Below are positions 29,623 through 42,832 of a stretch of 62,863 bases of DNA, one piece after another. Both the position numbers and the translations under genes were made by a program. The notes beneath the pieces are model-generated. The model did not search any database. It saw only the letters and a program-made list of their open reading frames with translations, and was not told the origin of the DNA. Origin of the DNA: Minisyncoccota bacterium (GTDB taxonomy: Bacteria > Patescibacteriota > Minisyncoccia > Phycocordibacterales > UBA9973); the NCBI GenBank assembly GCA_942491275.1, contig CALNZI010000008.1:1-62863 (forward strand). The letters run 5' to 3'. The stretch's first letter is position 1; each line of letters starts with the position of its first letter.

Positions 29623-30243
29623 ATGGAAACCCTAGCAAAACTATTTGGTGGCCAACCGCGTGTTAAAATTATGAGGCTTTTTTTGCTGAATGGTGATATT
29701 AATTTTGAAATAGCTGATATATCCAGTCGTAGTCGAGTGACAAAACCAAATGTTCGTAAAGAAATCAATGCACTTTCGGCAATTGGTTTTATCAAACCAC
29801 GAACAATTATAAAAGAAGGAGCTCGAGGAGCCAAAAAGAAAGTCTCCACCTGGCATTTAAATAGATCATTCCAATACCTTCCTCCCATTCAGGAATTACT
29901 TGTAAATCCAAGTATTCTTTTGCAGGAAGATTTAGTTACTAGGTTTAAACCAATTGGTAAAATTAAACTAATGATTGTTTCAGGTGTATTTATGGGAGAA
30001 GAAGAAAGTCGAGCAGATCTTATGTTGGTTTGTGATAAATTAAAGAAAACACCCCTTAATCAAATAATTAAAAGTTTAGAAGCAGAAATAGGGAAGGAAC
30101 TTGATTATGCAGTTTTTGACAGTAAGGAGTTTAAATATAGATTAGAAATGTATGACAAGCTTGTTTGCGACATAATAGACTTACCTCATATAAAATTAGT
30201 TGATAGTGGCCAGTTATCCACATTGATTACTAAAAAAGCCTAA
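29623..30243 (+). CDS. Hypothetical protein, N-terminal wHTH plus a possible nucleotidyltransferase-like C-domain
   Basis: LAKLFGGQPRVKIMRLF...EIADISSRS...VRKEINAL; C-terminal GVF....RADLMLV pattern. Confidence 0.6.
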   Translation: METLAKLFGGQPRVKIMRLFLLNGDINFEIADISSRSRVTKPNVRKEINALSAIGFIKPRTIIKEGARGAKKKVSTWHLNRSFQYLPPIQELLVNPSILLQEDLVTRFKPIGKIKLMIVSGVFMGEEESRADLMLVCDKLKKTPLNQIIKSLEAEIGKELDYAVFDSKEFKYRLEMYDKLVCDIIDLPHIKLVDSGQLSTLITKKA

Positions 30244-30331
30244 AATTTGGTATAATAAAAGGAGTACTTAAAAAGGTCGAAGCTTTGTGGGTACCCTTTA
30301 TTATTATTTTTTAAATATTAAATTTATTATT

Positions 30332-31021
30332 ATGAATTTTTTTCAAACTTGGGGAGCAGTTTTTACTGATTCTCTAATGGGTCTCTGGTATGGATTTGTG
30401 AGTTTTATTCCAAGTCTTATTGGAGCAATAATTCTCTTTATCATTGGTTGGGTTCTTGGTTCAGTTATAGGTAAGGCAGTTAATCAAGTTGTCACTTCAT
30501 TGAAGATCGACAAACTTTTCGAAAGTGCTGGTGCAAATACCTTAATGGATCGTGCTGGAATTAAACTAAATGTTGGAAGATTTGTTGGTGTTGTTGTTAA
30601 GTGGTTCATCATTGTTGTTTTCTTGATGGCTTCTTTACAGATAATTGGTCTTACTCAAGTAAACGACTTCCTACGTGAAGCAGTTCTATATTATCTACCG
30701 AAAGTAATCGTCGCATCATTTGTTTTGGTTATTGCAACAGTTATTGCTGACGCAATGCACAAACTTGTTAATGCTTCTGCAAAGGCAGTTAATATCCGTT
30801 CAGCTAACATGCTTGGATCAATTACTCGCTACGCAATCTGGATTTTTGCTTTCATTATAGCTCTATCAGAACTTGGTATCGCTACTGCATTCATGCAGAT
30901 TCTTTTCACTGGATTCATCGCAGCTTTGGCCATCGCTTTGGGCTTAGCTTTTGGTCTAGGAGGGAAGGAAGCAGCAGCTCGAAAAATCGAGCATTTCTCA
31001 GATCACATGTCAATGAAATAA
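30332..31021 (+). CDS. Multi-TM protein of the MscS TM-helix/CmpX-like family
   Basis: PSLIGAIILFIIGW repeat, LPKVIVA, GLAFGLGGKEAA; start set at ATG 30332. Confidence 0.8.
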   Translation: MNFFQTWGAVFTDSLMGLWYGFVSFIPSLIGAIILFIIGWVLGSVIGKAVNQVVTSLKIDKLFESAGANTLMDRAGIKLNVGRFVGVVVKWFIIVVFLMASLQIIGLTQVNDFLREAVLYYLPKVIVASFVLVIATVIADAMHKLVNASAKAVNIRSANMLGSITRYAIWIFAFIIALSELGIATAFMQILFTGFIAALAIALGLAFGLGGKEAAARKIEHFSDHMSMK

Positions 31022-31039
31022 TCCTTATTTCATAAGCAC

Positions 31040-31078
31040 AAAAAGAACTCTTTAGCTTCGGCTAGAGGGTTCTTTTTT
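31040..31078 (+). terminator. Intrinsic terminator
   Basis: AAAAAGAACTCTTTAGC-TTCG-GCTAGAGGGTTCTTTTTT. Confidence 0.9.
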
Positions 31079-31116
31079 ATCCCCATAATATACACATAAT
31101 AGAGCAGTCAAAAAGG

Positions 31117-31145
31117 TTGACTTATTTTTACCCTTGGTATAGAAT
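31117..31145 (+). promoter_or_regulatory. Promoter of the stand-alone 23S-5S unit
   Basis: TTGACT, 17 nt, TAGAAT; followed by a leader containing GATATTTGAAAACTGAATGCT (~31267-31287), complementary to AGCATTCAGTTTTCAGATATTATC (~35023-35046), i.e. a processing stem. Confidence 0.65.
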
Positions 31146-31456
31146 ACTGCCTACGATGTTAATAAATAAAAACCAGTTGAAAATGCGGAAAAAGTAAAAC
31201 TTTCTTAGTTTTCCTTTGTCCGTCATTAAGACGGATTTTTTATTTGTTAGACAAGACATTGAAGATGATATTTGAAAACTGAATGCTGTTCCAACTCACT
31301 GTTATCCTTTAATTTTTTAAGGGTCTTTTGTATCGAGTTGGAAACAGAGTGTGATAATAAAAATTATTATTAGATCGGAAGCGGTTCTGAATGATAATAA
31401 TAAAGTCTGATTCTTTATCTGGAGAGAGAAAGATGATGATGGTTTTCAAATTTCCT

Positions 31457-34955
<3,499 letters not shown>

Positions 34956-35075
34956 AGGAAATATGAAAATCATCCCAGTAGTAGAGCATAGCTCACTACG
35001 GGATCAATTATTGTCACACTTTAGCATTCAGTTTTCAGATATTATCTATCTGAGTAGTGTTCATTGAATTTTTTG

Positions 35076-35184
35076 TTCTGGTGATTCGGCAGTGGGGTCA
35101 CACCCGATTACATTCCGAACTCGGAAGTTAAGTCCATTTGCACCGATGATACTCTTTATGGGGAAAGTAGGTTATTGCCAGAAC
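35076..35184 (+). rRNA. rrf: 5S rRNA
   Basis: TTCTGGTG...CACCCGATTACATTCCGAACTCGGAAGTTAAG...GAAAGTAGG...CCAGAAC. Confidence 0.95.
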
Positions 35185-35245
35185 AAAGAATTCAATACAA
35201 AAATCCACTTCATATTGAAGTGGATTTTTGCTATAGTATGTATAT

Positions 35246-36022
35246 ATGTCATGGGCCAGAAGAAAACAGTTTAAATACCTTTCCATTGTTTTTGGAGTTT
35301 TTTTCTTGATAGTTTTTTGGATTTTTTCTCCAGTAATTTTTAAGAAACCAACATGTTCAGATGGAAAAATGAATGGTACTGAGACTGAAATTGACTGTGG
35401 TGGTAGTTGCGCACGGATTTGTCCTTCCCAAATATCCTCAACGGTGACCGTTTGGAGCCGAGCTTTCCCAGTAACAGCCAGTGTTTATAATTTAGTTTCC
35501 TATGTGGAAAATCCAAATAAAAGTGCTGCTGTGGCCCAGGCAAATTATGAATTTAGAATTTATGATACAAATAATAAATTAATAGGAAGAAGAGAGGGCA
35601 GTACTTTCATTCCGCCCAATCAACAATTTGTAGTTTTTGAACCACGATTTGATTCTGGAGAAAGTGAAATAAGAAGTGTTTCTTTCGAGTTTTTACCACC
35701 ATTTATTTGGCAGAAGAAAGAACCAGTTATAAATACTTTGCCGGTCAGGGTTGATAACGTTATTTTTGATAATGATTCTAGTTTTCCAAATTTGACCGCA
35801 AGAGTTATTAATGAATCAATTCATGATATTCCGCCATTTGATGTTATGGCCGTTCTTTATGATTTGGACAATAATGCAATTAACGTTTCCAAGACACAAA
35901 AAGATGGGCTTCTTAGTAATAATGCCACACCTATTTCTTTTACTTGGCCTGAATCTTTAAGTGGCAATCCCGTTAAGCGTGATATTTTAGTGCAGATTAA
36001 TCCATTTTTACTTTCTTTCTAG
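35246..36022 (+). CDS. Hypothetical membrane-anchored protein with a Cys-rich motif
   Basis: TM helix, then CSDGKMNGTETEIDCGGSC; beta-rich C-region with YD motifs. Confidence 0.75.
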   Translation: MSWARRKQFKYLSIVFGVFFLIVFWIFSPVIFKKPTCSDGKMNGTETEIDCGGSCARICPSQISSTVTVWSRAFPVTASVYNLVSYVENPNKSAAVAQANYEFRIYDTNNKLIGRREGSTFIPPNQQFVVFEPRFDSGESEIRSVSFEFLPPFIWQKKEPVINTLPVRVDNVIFDNDSSFPNLTARVINESIHDIPPFDVMAVLYDLDNNAINVSKTQKDGLLSNNATPISFTWPESLSGNPVKRDILVQINPFLLSF

Positions 36023-36096
36023 AAATAACAAATTAAAAAGGGGATTTCTTCTGTGAAAATTTTTACAGTTTTATTTTCTATTAAATTTTTAAATAT

Positions 36097-37236
36097 ATGC
36101 CATTATCGCAAAGTAGAATAAGGAAAATTTTTAGTGGAATTGACTGGCCTCTTATTCTTTTCCTTCTCCCAATTCTTGGATTTGGTCTTGTAACCATGAA
36201 GTCTTTTACAGAAACCACTCCATTTTTTAGTCATCAGCTAATGTGGATCGTCATTTCTTTTTGTGTTCTTTTCTTTTTATCTTTTTTAGATTTTAGATTT
36301 TTGAAAAGGACCGATATTCTAGTTACTATTTTTGGCTTTTTCTCGGGACTATTGGTCCTTCTTTTCATTGCTGGACACACTGCCAATGGTGCTCAAAGTT
36401 GGTTTTCCTTTGGAGGTTTTTCTTTTCAACCGGTGGACATGATGAAGTTAGTAGTTGTTTTAATGTTAGCTAAATATTTTTCACGACGACATGTAGAAAT
36501 TGGGAATTTTAAACATATTTTTATTTCAGGGATTTATGCATTAATTCCTTTTCTCCTTGTTTTTCTTCAGCCAGACTTTGGTAGTGCTCTAATTATTTTT
36601 CTCATATGGTTAGGAATGATTTTGGTTTCTGGGATTTCAAAGAAATATCTATTGATTGTTTTTGGAGGGGGAGTACTTAGTTTTATCTTTCTATGGAGTT
36701 TTATTTTTGCTCCATATCAAAAGGCCCGTGTTCTTGATTTTGTACAACCTCTTTCTAATGTTCAAAGCTCTGGTTATAGTGTCTATCAATCAACCATTGC
36801 TGTTGGTTCAGGACAGATTTTTGGTAAAGGAGTTGGCTTTGGAACACAATCCAGGCTGAAGTTTTTGCCGGAATATCAGACTGACTTTGTTTTTGCAGCC
36901 TTTGTGGAAGAGTGGGGTTTTGTTGGAGCTATATTTATATTTATTTTATTTGGTTTAATAATTTGGCGGATATTGAGAATGGCCCTATTAGGTGTAACAA
37001 ATTTTGAAATACTTTTTGGAATCGGCCTAGCTATTTATTTCATGAGCCACTTTATTATTAATGTGGGAATGAATATTGGAATTATGCCGGTGACGGGAAT
37101 CACTCTACCTTTTATGAGTTATGGAGGATCTCATTTATTGGCTGAATTCATTGGTCTGGGTATTTTAATGGGGATGAACCGTTATCGAAGAATTGCGCAC
37201 CAAGATGATATGAGAAATGAGTTTCTTGGGATATAA
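36097..37236 (+). CDS. rodA: Rod shape-determining protein RodA (SEDS family)
   Basis: GAQSW, FQPVDMMK, LQPDFGSA, PEYQTDFVFA and PVTGITLPFMSYGGS. Confidence 0.93.
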   Translation: MPLSQSRIRKIFSGIDWPLILFLLPILGFGLVTMKSFTETTPFFSHQLMWIVISFCVLFFLSFLDFRFLKRTDILVTIFGFFSGLLVLLFIAGHTANGAQSWFSFGGFSFQPVDMMKLVVVLMLAKYFSRRHVEIGNFKHIFISGIYALIPFLLVFLQPDFGSALIIFLIWLGMILVSGISKKYLLIVFGGGVLSFIFLWSFIFAPYQKARVLDFVQPLSNVQSSGYSVYQSTIAVGSGQIFGKGVGFGTQSRLKFLPEYQTDFVFAAFVEEWGFVGAIFIFILFGLIIWRILRMALLGVTNFEILFGIGLAIYFMSHFIINVGMNIGIMPVTGITLPFMSYGGSHLLAEFIGLGILMGMNRYRRIAHQDDMRNEFLGI

Positions 37237-37241
37237 TTTAA

Positions 37242-37288
37242 AAGAATTAAGAATTAAGAATTAAGAATTAAGAATTAAGAATTAAGAA
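37242..37288 (+). repeat. Heptamer tandem repeat (AAGAATT)6 plus a partial unit, abutting the folD ATG
   Basis: Six perfect units plus AAGAA, then ATG at 37289. Confidence 0.97.
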
Positions 37289-38125
37289 ATGAAAACACAA
37301 ATTATTGACGGAAGAAAAATTAAAGAAGAGATCTTAAAGAAAGTAAAAGAAGAAGTTTTAACTTTACCTTTTTCTCCTGTTTTTTGTGATATTTTAGTAG
37401 GGGATGATAAGGTTTCTGCTTCCTATGTTCAAATTAAGGCAAAAAATGCTGATTCTGTAGGGATTAAATTCCGAACGGCAGAATTTCCAGAATCCATAAC
37501 TACGGAAGAACTAATTGAAGAAATAGAAAATTTAAATAGAGTCCCTCATATTTGTGGAGTAATTATTCAATTACCATTACCGGATCATATCGACAGAAAA
37601 AAAGTTTTAGATGCCATTGATCCACGGATTGACGTTGATTGTTTAGGGGCAGAAACAAATAAGGAATTTTATAATAATAAAGGAGAGCTTGGATATCCAA
37701 CAGCTTTAGCTTGTTTGAAAATTATTGATTCACTTAACTTAAATTTGTCTGATAAAAAAATTGTTGTTTTAGGGCAAGGATTTCTCGTTGGTCTTCCAGT
37801 GTCTCATTTGCTCCGTTCTCGAGGATTACAGATAGAAACTATTAGTAGCAATACAGAGGGAGCAAAAGATTTAATTAAAGAAGCAGATATTATAATCTCA
37901 GGAATAGGGAAAGGAAAATTTATTACTGGAGAAATGATTAAAAAAGATGTTATTATAATTGATGCGGGGACTTCTGAGGAGAATGGTTCTGTGATAGGGG
38001 ATGTGGATTTTGAATCAGTAAATGGAATTGCATCTCAGATAACACCATCACCGGGAGGAGTTGGGCCCGTTACTGTGGCAGTACTATTGGAGAATGTTTT
38101 AAAAGTAGCTAAAAATAAAAAATAA
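37289..38125 (+). CDS. folD: Methylenetetrahydrofolate dehydrogenase/cyclohydrolase
   Basis: GVIIQLPLP, DVDCL, IDAG, GDVDF and TPSPGGVGPVT. Confidence 0.95.
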   Translation: MKTQIIDGRKIKEEILKKVKEEVLTLPFSPVFCDILVGDDKVSASYVQIKAKNADSVGIKFRTAEFPESITTEELIEEIENLNRVPHICGVIIQLPLPDHIDRKKVLDAIDPRIDVDCLGAETNKEFYNNKGELGYPTALACLKIIDSLNLNLSDKKIVVLGQGFLVGLPVSHLLRSRGLQIETISSNTEGAKDLIKEADIIISGIGKGKFITGEMIKKDVIIIDAGTSEENGSVIGDVDFESVNGIASQITPSPGGVGPVTVAVLLENVLKVAKNKK

Positions 38126-38126
38126 A

Positions 38127-38666
38127 ATGAATCATACTATTTTCTTTATCTTTCATGATCTAGCTAACCAATCAATATTTTTTGACGGATTGGTTATTTT
38201 TTCTTCTAAAATTCTGGGTTGGTTGATGATTGTCGGAGTAATTTATTTTCTTTTTATTCATAGTGATGGAATGTTTGATCCTCAACGACCATTTTTACAA
38301 ATAAAAAATAAAATAAGAGAAACTTTCTTTGTTCTCACTTTTGGATTTTCGGCCTGGATACTTGCAAATATTATAAAGGCTTTGATTGTAGCTCCCAGGC
38401 CTTTTATTGTATTTGAAAATTTAAATCCATTATTTTTACACGGAGGATTTGATTCATTTCCTTCCGGCCACGCCACTTTGTTTTCAGCCTTGGCTATTTC
38501 AGTATTTTTGAGACATAAAAAAATGGGTTTTTATTTCATTTTAATAACTCTTGTGATTTCTTTTTCCAGAATCATTGCGGGAATTCATTTTCCAATAGAT
38601 ATTTTAGCTGGCTGGATTTTGGGAACAACTTTTGCTTTGATTTTTAATAGAGTATTTAGGAAATAG
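38127..38666 (+). CDS. PAP2-family phosphatase (undecaprenyl-PP phosphatase-like)
   Basis: K....RP, SFPSGHAT and SRIIAGIHFPIDILAG. Confidence 0.92.
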   Translation: MNHTIFFIFHDLANQSIFFDGLVIFSSKILGWLMIVGVIYFLFIHSDGMFDPQRPFLQIKNKIRETFFVLTFGFSAWILANIIKALIVAPRPFIVFENLNPLFLHGGFDSFPSGHATLFSALAISVFLRHKKMGFYFILITLVISFSRIIAGIHFPIDILAGWILGTTFALIFNRVFRK

Positions 38667-38731
38667 ACAATAAATTTAGTTATGTTAGTTAAGTTGATTT
38701 TTTGGGTAAAAAGGTCTAGAATAAGGCCATT

Positions 38732-40132
38732 ATGTTAAAAACACGAATTACAGCTTTAATTATCCTCATCGTAGGATTGGGGATTGGTTTTTTTGTTTAT
38801 AAATCAGAAGTCGCACATATGAATTTAGCTCCAGAGGAAATACCTAAAGGGGTAGCTAATTTGCCTTTTAAATTAGGTCTTGATTTGTCTGGAGGAACTC
38901 ATTTAGTATACAAAGCCGATGTTTCTCAGATCTATGGTTCCGAAGTAAATGACTCCATGAATGCTCTACGGGATGTCATTGAAAGAAGAGTTAATATGTT
39001 CGGAGTAGCTGAGCCTTCCATTCAAGTTCAAGATGCTGGTTTTGCAAATGGAGGGGAACAACGATTAATTGTTGATTTACCAGGAGTGACTGAAGTTGCC
39101 GAGGCCATAAAGATGATTGGTCAAACACCGACTCTTGATTTTCGAACAGAAAATCCTAATAAAGATGAAGCCCAGGAGTTAACCGTTGATGAGAATGGAG
39201 TTGCTACTGTTAGTATCGCCTCACAATACGTGATGACAGAATTAACTGGACGTTATCTAGATAAGGCAATTCTTGAATTTGATCCAAACACAGGAGAACC
39301 AACCGTTGGACTTCAATTTGATGCTGAAGGTTCAAAACTTTTTGAACAAATTACGACAGATAATGTTGGGAAATCCGTAGCTATTTTTCTTGATGGACAA
39401 CCAATTTCAATTCCAACAGTTAATGAACCCATCACTGGAGGACAGGCTCAAATTTCAGGAAACTTTAGACCAGAAGAAGCGAAACTTCTTGTGGGTCGTT
39501 TAAATTCTGGAGCATTACCTGTACCAATAAGTTTAATTTCAACTCAAACAATTGGACCATCTCTTGGAGGTGAGGCCACTTCCGCCGGAGTTAAGGCTGC
39601 TATAATTGGATTTTTGGCTATAGCTCTCTTTTTAATCATCTGGTATCGTTTACCAGGATTAATTGCTGTGATAGCTTTGTCTTTGTATGTGGCTATTATG
39701 ATGGCTATATTTAAGCTTCTTCCCGTTACTTTGACTGCTGCTGGTATTGCAGGGTTTATTCTTTCCATCGGTATTGCCGTTGACGCCAATGTTCTTATTT
39801 TTGAACGAATTAAGGAAGAGCTTCGTGGAGGTGATAAAATTGAAGATTCTATCCGTAATGGATTCAAAAGAGCTTGGTTCTCAGTTCGTGATTCAAATAT
39901 CTCAAGTATCATAACAGCTATTATTTTGTTTTGGTTTGGGACAACTTTGATTCAAGGATTTGCACTAGTCTTTTTGATTGGTGTTATTGTTTCCATGTTT
40001 TCAGCAATTACCATCACTCGTCTTTTCCTTTATACTCTTAACATTAAACGCACCAATTCTTTAACAGGTTTCCTATTCGGGTCGGGATTAAGTAACGCTA
40101 AGGCTGTAACTGCAACAGCGGATCAAAAATAA
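38732..40132 (+). CDS. secD: Protein translocase subunit SecD
   Basis: LGLDLSGG, VIERRVNMFGVAEP, IGPSLG and VDANVLIFERIKEE. Confidence 0.98.
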   Translation: MLKTRITALIILIVGLGIGFFVYKSEVAHMNLAPEEIPKGVANLPFKLGLDLSGGTHLVYKADVSQIYGSEVNDSMNALRDVIERRVNMFGVAEPSIQVQDAGFANGGEQRLIVDLPGVTEVAEAIKMIGQTPTLDFRTENPNKDEAQELTVDENGVATVSIASQYVMTELTGRYLDKAILEFDPNTGEPTVGLQFDAEGSKLFEQITTDNVGKSVAIFLDGQPISIPTVNEPITGGQAQISGNFRPEEAKLLVGRLNSGALPVPISLISTQTIGPSLGGEATSAGVKAAIIGFLAIALFLIIWYRLPGLIAVIALSLYVAIMMAIFKLLPVTLTAAGIAGFILSIGIAVDANVLIFERIKEELRGGDKIEDSIRNGFKRAWFSVRDSNISSIITAIILFWFGTTLIQGFALVFLIGVIVSMFSAITITRLFLYTLNIKRTNSLTGFLFGSGLSNAKAVTATADQK

Positions 40133-40133
40133 T

Positions 40134-41018
40134 ATGTTTATAATAAAAAATAAAAAAATATTTGTTATCATTTCAGCTACTCTAGTTTCTTTGTCCATTG
40201 CATCTTTATTTGTTTTTGGATTGAAAATGGGTATCGATTTTAAGGGAGGTTCTTTATTGGAAGTAGAATATATAAATGAACGTCCAGTACAGAATGTTGT
40301 CGAAGAGGCAATTAAACCTCTTGATATTGGAGAAATTGTTGTTCAACCAATGGGGAATATCGGTTATAGTATAAAATCTCGAGATATTAGTGAAGATGAA
40401 AGAGCTTCTGTTTTGGAAGCACTTGGGGCTGAAGCAACTGAAAAAAGCTTTACCTCCATCGGTCCTTCAATTGGATCCGAACTTGCACGTAAATCTATAA
40501 TTTCCTTTATTCTTGTTGTCCTAGGTATTATTTTCTGGATTGCTTTTTCTTTCCGAAAAGTTTCTAAGCCAGTTTCATCTTGGAAGTATGGTTTTATTGC
40601 CATTGCTGCTTTAATTCATGATGTTATTATTCCAATTGGAATATTCACAGTGGCTAGTTATTTCTATGGATTTGAAGTGGACACACTCTTTGTTGTAGCC
40701 GTGTTAACTATTTTAGCCTTGTCTGTTTCAGATACTATTGTTGTATTTGATCGTATTCGTGAAAATATCAGAAATAAAAGCTCTAAAGATTTTGATGTTG
40801 TTGTTGGTCAAAGTATAAATCAGGTTTACACTCGTTCAATTGCCACATCTTCAACAACTTTGATTATTTTAGTTGCTTTAATTATTTTTGGTCCTGTAAG
40901 TACTAAAATGTTTGCTATAATGTTGGCAGCCGGAATGTTCTTTGGAACATACTCGTCATTATTCTTAGCGAGTCCTTTGTTGGTTATGGTTAAGAATGGT
41001 CAAAAAAACAATAGATAA
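40134..41018 (+). CDS. secF: Protein translocase subunit SecF
   Basis: GIDFKGGS, IGPSIG, HDV and DTIVVFDRIRE. Confidence 0.98.
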   Translation: MFIIKNKKIFVIISATLVSLSIASLFVFGLKMGIDFKGGSLLEVEYINERPVQNVVEEAIKPLDIGEIVVQPMGNIGYSIKSRDISEDERASVLEALGAEATEKSFTSIGPSIGSELARKSIISFILVVLGIIFWIAFSFRKVSKPVSSWKYGFIAIAALIHDVIIPIGIFTVASYFYGFEVDTLFVVAVLTILALSVSDTIVVFDRIRENIRNKSSKDFDVVVGQSINQVYTRSIATSSTTLIILVALIIFGPVSTKMFAIMLAAGMFFGTYSSLFLASPLLVMVKNGQKNNR

Positions 41019-41127
41019 TAAGACTTAAATAACAAAAAATCTCCTAGTTCTCTAGGTGATTTTTTGTTATAATAAATAAGTTATTTACTCAAAGTCGCTT
41101 TATTAAACATTAAATTTTTTATCAAAT

Positions 41128-41676
41128 ATGTATATAGTAATAATAATTGTCGTTGCTTTTGTTTTGTTTTTAGTCTTTAAATATAATGGATTTATAGCCA
41201 TGATTAATCGATCTAAGGAAGCCTGGGCTGATATTGATGTTCAACTTAAGCGTCGTTATGATCTTATTCCTAATTTGATTAATACAGTTAAGGGTTATGC
41301 AAAACATGAATCAGCCACTTTTGAAAAGGTGACTGAAGCTAGAACTCAAGCAATGCAAGCAGGAACACCGGCTCAGAAAGGCGAAGCAGAAAACATGCTT
41401 TCAGGGACACTTAAATCTTTGTTCGCTGTTTCCGAGGCCTATCCAGAACTAAAAGCCAATACTAACTTTTTAGAATTACAAAAGGAACTTTCTGACACAG
41501 AAAATAAAATTCAAGCAGCTCGTCGTTTCTACAATGGAAATGTTCGTGATCTAAATACTGCAATTGAAATGTTCCCAGGTAATGTAATTGCCAACATGTT
41601 TAAATTTAAAATTATGGATTTCTTCCAATTGGAAGAGGGGAGTGAAGAGAAAGAGCCAGTGGCTGTTAAATTCTAA
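41128..41676 (+). CDS. lemA: LemA family protein
   Basis: WADIDVQLKRRYDLIPNL, EAYPELKAN and ARRFYN. Confidence 0.96.
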   Translation: MYIVIIIVVAFVLFLVFKYNGFIAMINRSKEAWADIDVQLKRRYDLIPNLINTVKGYAKHESATFEKVTEARTQAMQAGTPAQKGEAENMLSGTLKSLFAVSEAYPELKANTNFLELQKELSDTENKIQAARRFYNGNVRDLNTAIEMFPGNVIANMFKFKIMDFFQLEEGSEEKEPVAVKF

Positions 41677-41687
41677 ACTGAAACTTA

Positions 41688-42572
41688 ATGACTTTATATA
41701 AACAGCAATCGAGAAATGTTCAAAAGACTTGGTTATTAATGACTGTGTTTTTGGTGGTGGTTATTGGGATTGGTTATTTTTTTAGTGTTTATTATCAAAA
41801 TCCTTCAATACTTATTTTCTTCATAATTTTCTCTTTAATTATGAATGTGATTTCCTATTGGTATTCTGATAAAATTGTTCTTTCCATGGCAGGAGCACAT
41901 CGAGCTGACAGAAAGCAACACTTTGATCTGTATACTACAGTTGAAAATTTAGCTATCACTGCGGGACTACCCATGCCTAGAGTTTACATTATTAATGATC
42001 CTTCTCCCAATGCTTTTGCTACCGGACGAGACAAGGATCATGCTGTTGTAGCTGTCACAACGGGCCTCTTAGCTATTCTAGAGAAGAATGAGTTAGAAGG
42101 AGTCATTGCTCATGAACTGAGCCACATAGGCAATAAAGACATGCTATTATCCACAGTTATAGTGGTGTTAGTTGGATTTGTGGCCATCCTAGCTGACTTC
42201 TTTATGAGAAGTCTAATCTTTGGTGGAGGACGAGATAGAGACGGAAAAGGAAACTTTCTAATGATTGTTGGAATTGTTCTTTCCATTCTGGCTCCTATTT
42301 TTGTTATGATTATTCAATTGGCAATTTCTCGAAAGAGGGAATTTCTAGCCGACGCCTCGGGAGCTCTATTGACTCGTTATCCAGAAGGACTGGCCAGTGC
42401 TTTGGAAAAGATAAGTAAATTCAGTCGTCCAATGAAGAAACAATCTAAGGCAATTTCACATTTATATATTTCTGATCCGAAAGGGAAGTCTCTTTCTATG
42501 AAAGTTTCCGGAATGTTTGCCACCCATCCGTCAACCGAAGAGAGGGTAAAAAGATTGAGAGGAAATAGTTGA
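41688..42572 (+). CDS. htpX: Zinc metalloprotease HtpX (M48)
   Basis: PNAFATG, HELSH, SRKREFLADA and THP; follows lemA. Confidence 0.93.
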   Translation: MTLYKQQSRNVQKTWLLMTVFLVVVIGIGYFFSVYYQNPSILIFFIIFSLIMNVISYWYSDKIVLSMAGAHRADRKQHFDLYTTVENLAITAGLPMPRVYIINDPSPNAFATGRDKDHAVVAVTTGLLAILEKNELEGVIAHELSHIGNKDMLLSTVIVVLVGFVAILADFFMRSLIFGGGRDRDGKGNFLMIVGIVLSILAPIFVMIIQLAISRKREFLADASGALLTRYPEGLASALEKISKFSRPMKKQSKAISHLYISDPKGKSLSMKVSGMFATHPSTEERVKRLRGNS

Positions 42573-42717
42573 TTTAGACCACACTTTTTGGGTTGTTTAT
42601 TTTTATTATTTCTAGTACCATACATCTCGAATATTATTTGTTCCTGTGAATCTGTTAGCTTTATTATTAATAGATAGATTCGCTACACCCTTTTCGGTGA
42701 TGATTGTTGGGTGTTAA

Positions 42718-42807
42718 GGAGAGGTCGCATAGTGGTCTAGTGCGCTCGCTTGGAAAGCGAGTGAGGGGTCAAACCCTCCGCGAGTTCGAATCTCGCTCTC
42801 TCCGCCA
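42718..42807 (+). tRNA. tRNA-Ser (anticodon GGA)
   Basis: Acceptor GGAGAGG/TCTCTCC, anticodon stem CTCGC-TTGGAAA-GCGAG, long variable arm, GTTCGAATC, encoded CCA. Confidence 0.97.
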
Positions 42808-42832
42808 CTAAGTTTTATGGTAATATTTATAT

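Noticed and set aside
35092-35274. ORF over the 5S rRNA
   Set aside because: The sequence is explained by the 5S rRNA.
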